47,526 nucleotides of DNA, from positions 1-47,526 of the forward strand of contig CAYLZE010000030.1 of assembly GCA_964388035.1 (NCBI GenBank), given 5' to 3'. The translations under genes were made by a program, and so were the position numbers. This DNA comes from an uncultured archaeon. Its GTDB lineage: Archaea > Asgardarchaeota > Lokiarchaeia > Sigyniarchaeales > SOKP01. Below the pieces are notes generated by a model. It was not told where the DNA came from and made no database searches. It saw only the letters and a list, made by a program, of their open reading frames with translations. Below are positions 1 to 8,388 of the stretch, one piece after another (position 1 is the stretch's first letter; every line of letters begins with the position of its first letter).

Positions 1-657
1 CTTCAAATCGATTAACCTCGAAATTTTGCGCAATGTCTTAGCTTGCGCGTTAGGGGCATCATATTTTAATCGCACAGTTTTTTCACCCTCAAATTCAATA
101 TCGCAATCCCCGTTGCGATGCAATGCTAATAAGATTTCTTGAATTTTCATGTCAAGCACCGAATAGCGTTCCTCATCGGTCAACTCATCCGACATGTAAC
201 TATCTTCGAGAAATACCTTCACATCCTCGCTCCCAAAATGATAACGATAGGACACTTCTTCTTTATACCTCATTAAGGCATGTTTATCCCCTAATTCGGC
301 TAATTTTTTAAGAATCGGAAACGATAAGCGATAATCTAAAAGGCGAGTGTTATAATCGTGCTCCACCCACGCTTGTAAATTAGAACAGTTTACAAAAAAA
401 TCCAATTCGTCCATCTTCTCCATCCGAGTCCATTCTTCCAGCATTCTGGGTTCGCGAGAACGATCCAAATGATCGATAATATCGTTGATGGATTCTATTT
501 CCCCGGCCTTAGGCATTTTTTCCACGGGAATTGAAATAGGAACAAATCGACAAGTCATGAACTCCTTATTGTCGATGAAAATGCGGGATTTACCTTCGAT
601 AAACCTAATAGTCAGTACTTTTTTACCACGCTTATCCCGAATCTCGAATTCTTGCAT
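1..657 (-). CDS. Partial (runs off window start) protein of a Lokiarchaeia-expanded family; N-terminal domain usually followed by leucine-rich repeats
   Basis: Not in the ORF track. Manual translation from ATG at 657 is open to base 1: MQEFEIRDKRGKKVLTIRFIEGKSRIFIDNKEFMTCRF...FFVNCSNLQAWVEHDYNTRLLDYRLSFPILKKLAELGDKHALMRYKEEV. The CSNLQAW-x-E-x-x-Y-x-TRLL...FP-x-LKKL...GD motif is one I recognise from Lokiarchaeal proteins. Confidence 0.8.
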   Translation of the reverse strand, partial: MQEFEIRDKRGKKVLTIRFIEGKSRIFIDNKEFMTCRFVPISIPVEKMPKAGEIESINDIIDHLDRSREPRMLEEWTRMEKMDELDFFVNCSNLQAWVEHDYNTRLLDYRLSFPILKKLAELGDKHALMRYKEEVSYRYHFGSEDVKVFLEDSYMSDELTDEERYSVLDMKIQEILLALHRNGDCDIEFEGEKTVRLKYDAPNAQAKTLRKISRLIDLK

Positions 658-755
658 GCTCAATCATCAAATTGACTTTTAATCTTTAATAGTTTAGAGA
701 GGGAGTAAATTTTCTAATCTTTCATGTTATATTGACCATTATATAAAATTATCTT

Positions 756-772
756 AATACTTTAAAAGTATT
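756..772. promoter_or_regulatory. 8-1-8 inverted repeat in divergent promoter region
   Basis: AATACTTT-A-AAAGTATT between divergent genes (657- / 915+); AT-rich so may be chance. Confidence 0.25.
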
Positions 773-838
773 TTCTTTATTTCAAGAATAAAATAGAACT
801 CAAATGCTATTACAATTTTAAAAAATGTCATTATAATG

Positions 839-852
839 CGATAAATTTATCG
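839..852. promoter_or_regulatory. Perfect 14-bp palindrome, candidate operator
   Basis: CGATAAATTTATCG about 63 bp upstream of the Fe-S protein start. Confidence 0.35.
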
Positions 853-914
853 GTATAACAATAAAATTTATATCATTTCCAAATCGAGATAATGTAATTG
901 TAAAAATTTAAAGC

Positions 915-2009
915 GTGATTATAATTTCGGACAATGATGATATTTATCGAGAGTTGCAAAAGCATCTGGATACCTTACCAATTGGATATCCCGCTACAGA
1001 ATCGGGCGTCGAACTCCGTATCTTAAAACAACTATTTACTCCTGACGAGGCCAAAGTTGCCACAAAATTGAGCTTTTCCTTCGATTCTTTAGAAAATATT
1101 TATCAGCGGGTAAATGATAAAGAACTATCGATCGAACATTTGGAACAATTATTAGAAAGTTCGGTAAGCAAGGGAGCTTCCATTGGCAAAAAAGTAGGGG
1201 ATAAAGAATACTATGCCAATGCCATGTTCATGATTGGCATGTATGATATGCAATCGCACAGGAAGAATGAAAACATTCTCGATTTTTGGGATGAATCTTC
1301 CAAATATTTTAAGGAAGGAATGGACCTGGAATTCATGCGATCGGGAATCTGCCAATTTCGAGTCATCCCCATAGAAAAAAGTCTCACTCCTGAATTTGAG
1401 ATCACTTCATATGATGATATTCGGGGGATTATTGAAAAAATAGAGACCCCAATCGTAGTAGCGGAATGCGTGTGTCGGCACAAAAAAGACCTTCACGGAG
1501 AGCCTTGTAAGCAAACGGATTTGCGAGAGACGTGTTTTGTACTTCGTGACATATTTGCCCAAATGTATATTGAACATGGATGGGGAAGAATAATATCCAA
1601 GGAAGAAGCCTTAGAAATTTTAGATAAAGCAGAAGAAGACGGTTTGGTTTATGAACCTGGAAACGCTCAGAGGCCGGGCACGTTATGTTGTTGTTGCGGG
1701 GATTGTTGCGGATATTTATCAGATATCAAGCAATTACCCAAACCTACGGAATTTCTCAAGTCTAATTACTACGCTGAGGTGGATTCTGACGAATGCACGG
1801 GATGTGGAACTTGTATCGAGCGATGCAGCATGAATGCAATTACTCTTGTTGATGAAATTTCGGAAGTAAATAGAGATCGTTGCATTGGTTGTGGGGCTTG
1901 CGTGCCTACTTGCCCATCTGAAGCGATTAAGCTTCACAAAAAGGAACAAGAGAATCTTCCCCCTCAAGATTGGGACGAATTATACCAAGAAATTCTAAAA
2001 AATAAATAA
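915..2009 (+). CDS. Multi-cluster iron-sulfur protein with C-terminal 2x[4Fe-4S] ferredoxin domain
   Basis: CTGCGTCIERC and CIGCGACVPTCP ferredoxin motifs; extra Cys clusters CVCR..C..C and CCCCGDCC. Confidence 0.85.
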   Translation: MIIISDNDDIYRELQKHLDTLPIGYPATESGVELRILKQLFTPDEAKVATKLSFSFDSLENIYQRVNDKELSIEHLEQLLESSVSKGASIGKKVGDKEYYANAMFMIGMYDMQSHRKNENILDFWDESSKYFKEGMDLEFMRSGICQFRVIPIEKSLTPEFEITSYDDIRGIIEKIETPIVVAECVCRHKKDLHGEPCKQTDLRETCFVLRDIFAQMYIEHGWGRIISKEEALEILDKAEEDGLVYEPGNAQRPGTLCCCCGDCCGYLSDIKQLPKPTEFLKSNYYAEVDSDECTGCGTCIERCSMNAITLVDEISEVNRDRCIGCGACVPTCPSEAIKLHKKEQENLPPQDWDELYQEILKNK

Positions 2010-2054
2010 GTAATTTAGGTTAATAAGCTTAAATTAAACCAATCCTTTATTTTT

Positions 2055-2486
2055 TTAATCAATTTCGTATTTACGCAATATTATACACGTGCTACTGGCT
2101 TTCGCCACCAGTTCATTTTTATCATTCAATATTTCACATTCGATATAGCTCAATCTTTTCCCTCGACGTACAATCTTACTGGAAGCGATCAATTTCCCCC
2201 CTACGACTTTTTTAAGAAAAGTGATTCTTAGATCCACGGTCGTGAAGGCCTCATCATCCTTGAGAGTAGTGAAAAAAGAAATTCCCATGGCTGCATCCGC
2301 GATATCGCAAAAAACACCTCCGTGAACCGTATTCATGGGATTATATAATCGTTCATCAATGTCAATTTCGATAATTGTGCAGCCATCGCAGAAATCAACA
2401 ATCCTGAAGCCCAGTAATTGAGCGATAGGCGGGTGAGGTCGCTTTCCCGCGATGACATCTTCTAAATATTGAATTTTTTCATTCAT
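2055..2486 (-). CDS. PaaI-family hotdog-fold thioesterase
   Basis: NPMNTVHGGVFCDIADAAMG motif, TVDLRITFL, 143 aa. Confidence 0.9.
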   Translation of the reverse strand: MNEKIQYLEDVIAGKRPHPPIAQLLGFRIVDFCDGCTIIEIDIDERLYNPMNTVHGGVFCDIADAAMGISFFTTLKDDEAFTTVDLRITFLKKVVGGKLIASSKIVRRGKRLSYIECEILNDKNELVAKASSTCIILRKYEID

Positions 2487-2697
2487 TCTTAAATCGTTAG
2501 TATATAACTGAAGAGTGCATATAAATCTGCATCTTTAAAATTTAAATTTACATTGTACTTATCTTTAAAATGCTGGAATCGGCTGAAAAAAGTAGATACC
2601 TTAAGTAAGTAGTGATTGGGAAAAAAGAAAATTTAATTTAAAAATGGATTTTAAACCAAGCCAGAGAGAGAAAAAACATATTTAAAATCAAAGATTT

Positions 2698-4677
2698 TTG
2701 AATCTCATGAACAATGAACTACATTCAAGACCTTTTAATAAGCTTACTTCGATTCCTTTTCACGAGGTAAAGATCACGGACAAGTTCTGGTCTAAAAGGC
2801 AAGATGTAAATGCAAGGATTTCAGTTCATCAAATTCATGAAAAGTTAGAAGAAAATCACCATGTAGATAATTTTAGAGTTGCTGCGGGTGTTAAAAAAGG
2901 AATCCAACAAGGAGCATTCTATTTCGATTCAGATTTATATAAATGGTTGGAAGGAGCTTGTTATATTCTAAAATTAAGAAAAGATGATAAATTGGAAAAA
3001 TTGGTGGTTGAAATCGTGGATTTAATTTGTAAATCACAATTAAACGATGGATATCTTAATACCTTTTATTCAACAAAATTCGTGAATAAAAGATTAACCA
3101 ATTTATTATTTTTCCATGAATTATATTGTGCAGGACATCTTTTTGAAGCGTCTATTGCTCATTATTATACATTCAATAATACTAAATTGTTGGATGTTTC
3201 AAAAAAGTTTGCTGACCTTTTGATAACGAAATTTTTAGGAAGGGAAAGAAGGGATACGGCAGGACACGAGGAAATTGAACTAGCTCTGGTGAAATTAAGC
3301 AAAATAACTGGGAATAAGGAATATTTGGACTTAGCGGAACATTTTATCGACTTGCGAGGCAATATTCCTAATTATAAAACATACTTATTGAGGATGATTT
3401 TTGATTTGAAAGCTACCTTAGACATGGCGGGTTTTATCAAAAAAGAATATTTTGAAAAGCAACAAGTCAAGGAAGTTCCCAAAGAAGATGAAACTTATTT
3501 GCCGAAAGCAAAATTAAATGAATGGGTAAAATTCTTTAAGGATTACCTCAACGGAGAGTATTTTCAACTAGATAAACCAGTTCGGGAAATCTTTGAACCT
3601 GTTGGACATAGCGTGAGAGCTTTATATTTCTATGATGGGATTGCAAAGCTTTACTCCGAGAAAGGTGAAAAATCCTTACTAAAGACTATTGAGAGAATAT
3701 GGTTAAAAATGGTCAAGGCTCGCATGTATATTACGGGAGGAACTGGGAGTGCTAAGGTCATAGAGGGCTTTCGAAAAGATTTTGATATAAAAAATGAAGA
3801 TTGTTTTTCGGAAACTTGTGCTTACATAGCCAATATTTTCTGGAATTGGGATTTATTAAAAATAACGGGAAAAAGCAAGTACGCCGACTTGATTGAGAAA
3901 TTATTATATAATGGCATTTTAGTAAGCCAGTCATTGGATGGAATGAAATACTTCTATTCTAATAAAATAATTTCTGAGGGAAGCGATGAAAGACAGAATT
4001 GGTTCGAATGCGCTTGCTGTCCTACTAACTATATTCGTCTTATTCCCACTATTGGAAAATACATTTATAGCACATCTCCTGAAGGAATATGGATTCATCA
4101 ATATATAGGAAGTGAGGTAAAATTAAATGTACCAAATGGCAATGAAGTTTCCCTTACTCAGCAGAGTGCATTCCCGTGGGAAGGAAAAGTTTCTATTCAG
4201 TTAGTATCTGATAAAGAAGCCAGTTTTTCTCTCTTTTTAAGAGTTCCCGAATGGGCCACTACAAGTGAAATTCACGTGGACGGAGAAAAATTAAACGGAC
4301 CGATTCGTCCCAGATCCTACGTCCGAATCTTTAAAAGTTGGCCAAAAAATGCTTTCATCAACATGACTTTTCCCATGACACCTAAACTGAATCAAAGTGA
4401 TCCCAGAATAATAACTAATCTTAATAAAAGGGCAATTTCCCGGGGCCCTTTAGTATATTGCATGGAACAAATAGATAATCCAGAGTTTGACATTTTCCAA
4501 TGTGAACTTGATAATGAGCTCGAATTAAACGTTTTAAAAAAGCCCGATTTATTAGGAGGAATAAACGTGATACAAGGGAAGACAGCCGAAGATGAAATAT
4601 TTCTCGCAATACCATACTATGCTTGGGCTAATCGGGGTCCAAGCAAAATGCAAATATGGAACAAAATTAAGGGATAA
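2698..4677 (+). CDS. Glycoside hydrolase family 127 (beta-L-arabinofuranosidase-like, DUF1680)
   Basis: DSDLYKWLE, HELYCAGHL, GHEEIELAL, GHSVRALY, SETCA, WFECACCP, IPYYAWANRG motifs; true start may be ATG at 2707. Confidence 0.92.
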   Translation: MNLMNNELHSRPFNKLTSIPFHEVKITDKFWSKRQDVNARISVHQIHEKLEENHHVDNFRVAAGVKKGIQQGAFYFDSDLYKWLEGACYILKLRKDDKLEKLVVEIVDLICKSQLNDGYLNTFYSTKFVNKRLTNLLFFHELYCAGHLFEASIAHYYTFNNTKLLDVSKKFADLLITKFLGRERRDTAGHEEIELALVKLSKITGNKEYLDLAEHFIDLRGNIPNYKTYLLRMIFDLKATLDMAGFIKKEYFEKQQVKEVPKEDETYLPKAKLNEWVKFFKDYLNGEYFQLDKPVREIFEPVGHSVRALYFYDGIAKLYSEKGEKSLLKTIERIWLKMVKARMYITGGTGSAKVIEGFRKDFDIKNEDCFSETCAYIANIFWNWDLLKITGKSKYADLIEKLLYNGILVSQSLDGMKYFYSNKIISEGSDERQNWFECACCPTNYIRLIPTIGKYIYSTSPEGIWIHQYIGSEVKLNVPNGNEVSLTQQSAFPWEGKVSIQLVSDKEASFSLFLRVPEWATTSEIHVDGEKLNGPIRPRSYVRIFKSWPKNAFINMTFPMTPKLNQSDPRIITNLNKRAISRGPLVYCMEQIDNPEFDIFQCELDNELELNVLKKPDLLGGINVIQGKTAEDEIFLAIPYYAWANRGPSKMQIWNKIKG

Positions 4678-4711
4678 GGGATTCAAACAGGAACATGACT
4701 TTTAACAGGTA

Positions 4712-6130
4712 TTAATTATATTCTTCTTGTTTTTTAATAAATTCTTTAAAATTACACACCCTATCTAAAGCTTTAGCTGCAGTATCTATTGATTCAAAGA
4801 TAGGTACTCCCTTCTTGAAGAGTTCTTGTTTAAAGGCTAATTTTTCTTTATAATCATCAATATCGTCAATAACTTTGTTTGCAATGCAAATTAAGGGTTT
4901 AATCATGGAAGCTTTTGCCTTTAGAATTCCTTCAAGAAACTCTTGGCTAAAAGAATAGGGTTTAATGAAGATAACAGTTGAAATATAGGGATCCTTATCT
5001 AAAGTGATTAACGATTTCACAAAAAAGTCTGTCGTTAATCCACTTCCCCCCAAGTCCAGTGGATTTCGAACGATAGTATTCACAGCAGGTAGGAATTGAT
5101 TAAATTCCTTTCTAGTTTTTGAAGATAGTTTTGGAACCTTCAGATTATAAAACTCCATTTGATCGGTTATTTCAATGGAAGAACCTCCTCCTACTGCCAC
5201 GATTCCCAAGTTTCGATCGATTTGATCCAAATTCAGATGAGTGAAAGCCATTGCTAATGATACTAATTCCGAAGAATCTTGAACTAATATGGCTCCGGTT
5301 TGTTTTGCAAGGGCTTTCCAAATTCTCGTTGATCCTGCCATTCCTCCCGTGTGCGAAAATACGGCTTCTTTTGCTGATGCCCCTTGTCCTACTTTCCATA
5401 ATATAACGGGTTTTTCATTTAAGGATAATTCTTTTACTAATTTCAAGAATTCCCGTCCCGTATTCTTGCTTTTAATATTCTCTAAATACAAACCTAGCAC
5501 CTTGGTTTCGGGATCTGATAAAAAGTATCGTAAAAAATCTACCACGTTTAGATCAATTTGATTTCCTATTGAGATTAGCTTGCTTATATTTGTACCATAG
5601 GTATAAATGCCCATATTTGATATATTAATGCTTAACCCACCTGATTGGCTAATCACTCCAAAACTACCCGAGTCTGTGATATGCCATCGGCTAATGGATA
5701 ATCTAGATTTAGGGTTATAGATACCAAGGCAATTTGGACCTATAATCCTGATATTATATTTTCTTGCTATTAGTAAAAGTTTTTCTTCCAACTGAATGTT
5801 GCCTATCTCAGAAAATCCAGACGAAAAAATGGTAGCAAAGGATACTCCCTTCTTGCCGGCTTCTTCCAACATTGCAGGACATAATTCAGCAGGTACTGAT
5901 ATAATCACATAATCTATAGGTTCATCTTCAGAAATCTCCAGGATGGAACCATTCACAGAAATCCCCTCTATAATTTTCCCTTTAAGACGAGGATTAAAAA
6001 GATACAAGGGTTTATTAAATTCAATGGCCTTTAAACATCTTAAAAAGTAGCCACCACCGTAGGGTTTATCGTTTACACCTATTAATCCTACAGCCCGAGG
6101 ATTAAACAATTTTTCAAAATCATTTACCAT
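4712..6130 (-). CDS. acdA: Acyl-CoA synthetase (NDP-forming) alpha subunit / CoA-binding protein
   Basis: FSSGFSE, IIGPNCLG, ISQSGG, IGNQIDL, phospho-His motif SHTGGMAG, NPLDL. Confidence 0.85.
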   Translation of the reverse strand: MVNDFEKLFNPRAVGLIGVNDKPYGGGYFLRCLKAIEFNKPLYLFNPRLKGKIIEGISVNGSILEISEDEPIDYVIISVPAELCPAMLEEAGKKGVSFATIFSSGFSEIGNIQLEEKLLLIARKYNIRIIGPNCLGIYNPKSRLSISRWHITDSGSFGVISQSGGLSINISNMGIYTYGTNISKLISIGNQIDLNVVDFLRYFLSDPETKVLGLYLENIKSKNTGREFLKLVKELSLNEKPVILWKVGQGASAKEAVFSHTGGMAGSTRIWKALAKQTGAILVQDSSELVSLAMAFTHLNLDQIDRNLGIVAVGGGSSIEITDQMEFYNLKVPKLSSKTRKEFNQFLPAVNTIVRNPLDLGGSGLTTDFFVKSLITLDKDPYISTVIFIKPYSFSQEFLEGILKAKASMIKPLICIANKVIDDIDDYKEKLAFKQELFKKGVPIFESIDTAAKALDRVCNFKEFIKKQEEYN

Positions 6131-6190
6131 TTTTAAAATGAACTCTTAAAGAAGATATTTAGAACGGTTGTAAAACTATATTATATAAAA

Positions 6191-6320
6191 TACGTAAAAA
6201 TATAAAAGAATTTCAACTTATCATTATTTCCCGACATGTTTCTTGAACAACGCATTAGTCATGAGATCAAAGGTTTTCTCTACATTTTCATCCCTTTTGG
6301 CAGATAATTCCAGAAAGGAC
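6191..6320 (-). pseudogene. Remnant of a Rab-like GTPase gene (3' end plus downstream flank)
   Basis: 110/130 identical, ungapped, to 7521-7650; encodes SFLELSAKRDENVEKTFDLMTNALFKKHVGK* versus SFLELSAKTGENVEKAFELMTNALFKKYVKKL*; an in-frame TGA lies just upstream and there is no ATG. Confidence 0.85.
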
Positions 6321-6444
6321 GTTTCAATCCAATTTATCCATGTTCACTCCGCAATTATTAGAGATGTTGTTTAATATACAATAGACTTAATCAAAATATA
6401 TTAGAAATGAGGGTTTTTTTTTTGAGTGAAAATGCTTTAAATTG

Positions 6445-6486
6445 AAAAAAGACTAATTATAAATTTGACGCTATTAGTCATTTTTT
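6445..6486. terminator. Hairpin flanked by A6/T6 tracts (terminator-like or operator)
   Basis: AAAAAA-GACTAAT-(15 nt)-ATTAGTC-A-TTTTTT upstream of the aldo/keto reductase. Confidence 0.25.
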
Positions 6487-6530
6487 AAAATCATTTAACA
6501 TTTTTAAAAAAGTATTAAGGTGCTAGTTGC

Positions 6531-7391
6531 TTGGAAACAAGAATTTTGGGAAAAACGGGTGCGAAAGTTTCCATTCTCACATTGGGAGGATGTGGCCCAG
6601 GATATGTCTCGCAAGAAGAGGCAAATGAAGCTATTAAACTGGCAAGGGAACACAGCATAAACATGATTGATATAGCCCCAACTTACGGTAAAGCGGAAGC
6701 GTGGTTCACTCCTTGGTTAGAAAGATATCGGAACGATTTCTTTTTAGCGGTAAAATCTTTAAAAAGAACGAAAAGTAGTGCATGGCGCCAATTAAATCGT
6801 TCACTCAAGCATTTAGGAACGGACTATTTTGACTTATATCAATTTCATGCGGTTTCATCTATCGAGGAATTAAATCAAATTTTCGGAGAAAATGGAGCCA
6901 TGGAAGCCTTCAAGGAAGCGAAAGAAATGGGATTAATAAAACATATCGGAATAACAGGACATCAAGATATGCGGGTTCTCAAAAAAGCTTTAGAATCTTG
7001 TAATGATTTTGATACAGTTCTATTACCGGTATATATAGCAGCAATGTTACATCCAGATCCAATAAATGATTTTCGACCTATCCTAAAAATTGCTCGAGAG
7101 AAAAGTTTGGGAGTCACGGCAATTAAAGCTATAGCTAAAGGGAGATGGACCAAAAAAGGTCCTTACTTAACGTGGTATGAACCATTAACGGAACAAAGAT
7201 TGATAGATCAAGCGGTTTGGTTTACATTATCGCAAGAAGGTGTGACCACATATTCCTTACCTTGCGATGTAAAATTATGGCCGAAAGTAATAGATTCCGC
7301 CGAACGTTTTAGGAAACTCTCACAGGAAGAAGAAAAAGAAATTCTACACTTCGCAGAAAAACAGGATCTTAAGCCTCTCTTCCCAGAATAA
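6531..7391 (+). CDS. Aldo/keto reductase
   Basis: RILGKTG..VS.LTLG, IDIAPTYG (catalytic D/Y), SLKHLGTDYFDLYQFH, IKHIGITGH. Confidence 0.92.
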   Translation: METRILGKTGAKVSILTLGGCGPGYVSQEEANEAIKLAREHSINMIDIAPTYGKAEAWFTPWLERYRNDFFLAVKSLKRTKSSAWRQLNRSLKHLGTDYFDLYQFHAVSSIEELNQIFGENGAMEAFKEAKEMGLIKHIGITGHQDMRVLKKALESCNDFDTVLLPVYIAAMLHPDPINDFRPILKIAREKSLGVTAIKAIAKGRWTKKGPYLTWYEPLTEQRLIDQAVWFTLSQEGVTTYSLPCDVKLWPKVIDSAERFRKLSQEEEKEILHFAEKQDLKPLFPE

Positions 7392-7520
7392 AAAAGAAGT
7401 GTTAATTTCAAGGATTATTCATAATTTTTTTGATTTTTGAATTTTATTAACCTTTAAGCTTTTCAATTTAAATAAGATTCGATTATAATGAGAGGCTTGG
7501 CAAGAGCATGTTATTAAAAA

Positions 7521-7650
7521 ATCGTAAAAATATAAAAGAATTTCAACTCATCATAATTTTTTTACGTACTTCTTGAACAACGCATTAGTCATGAGTTCAA
7601 AGGCTTTCTCCACGTTTTCACCCGTTTTAGCAGATAATTCAAGAAAGGAA
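7521..7650. repeat. Second copy of the ~130-bp direct repeat shared with 6191-6320
   Basis: Offset 1330 bp, about 85% identity. Confidence 0.9.
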
Positions 7651-8084
7651 GCTAAATTATATTTCAGTGCGGTTATTTGTGCTTCCTCATTGGAAACAGC
7701 TCTGAATTCATCCAAATCTAATTTAGTTCCAATTAAAATGATAGGTATATCTCCCGCAACTTCTCTTATGATATTCGTCCAATCAGGAAGATGATAAAGG
7801 GTTACTGAATTCGTTATATCAAAAAGATAAAATGCACCATTAGCACCTTTTAGATATTGGGATAACAAATATCTAAATCGAATTTCTCCCCCAAAGTCCC
7901 AAATCTGCATTTTAACTCTCTTATTGTCATGCTGTGTCGTTTTAGAATAAAAATCAACTCCGATCGTTAATTTCAAATCTTCTAGAAAGGAACCCGATAT
8001 GTATCTTATTGTTAGAGAGGTTTTTCCTACACTAGCGTCTCCCAGCATCATTACTTTAAATGTAAAATCATATTCTCGACTCAT
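7551..8084 (-). CDS. Rab-like small GTPase (Ras superfamily, eukaryotic signature protein)
   Basis: YDFTFKVMMLGDASVGKTS (G1), TIGVDF (G2/RabF1), QIWDFGGE (G3), GTKLD (G4), LSAKTGENV (G5); no C-terminal Cys. Confidence 0.95.
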   Translation of the reverse strand: MSREYDFTFKVMMLGDASVGKTSLTIRYISGSFLEDLKLTIGVDFYSKTTQHDNKRVKMQIWDFGGEIRFRYLLSQYLKGANGAFYLFDITNSVTLYHLPDWTNIIREVAGDIPIILIGTKLDLDEFRAVSNEEAQITALKYNLASFLELSAKTGENVEKAFELMTNALFKKYVKKL

Positions 8085-8388
8085 GTGGCGTACCTCTCAA
8101 ACTCTATTCTTTCTTAACTAATAAGAATAAAGAAAAGATTGAATCTATTTTTTTAATAATAGATAAAACACTATAATGAACTTTAATAATGATTTTATTT
8201 TTAATGTTTATATATTTTTTAATTCGATTATAGGATAATAAACTTTTTCAATCTGATCATGATACAAGTCTTATTAATATCTCGTCTTATTTGATACCTT
8301 TAAATTTTTTCTCCCTTATCGTTTGCGTAAAAATTAAAAAACCGATATACTCACATGTATTTAATAGCTTTTTTATTTCAATTCATTT

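Noticed and set aside
123-682. Two short + strand ORFs (123-311, 485-682)
   Set aside because: Antisense shadows of the longer, motif-bearing minus-strand gene 657..1.
7548-7553. TGA stop as selenocysteine readthrough
   Set aside because: Tandem TGA TGA at the natural end of the GTPase fold; no in-frame TGA at a catalytic Cys position was seen in any gene.
6191-7650. AKR gene between direct repeats as a transposon or integrated element
   Set aside because: No transposase or integrase, no terminal inverted repeats; the repeats are diverged coding sequence of the Rab gene.
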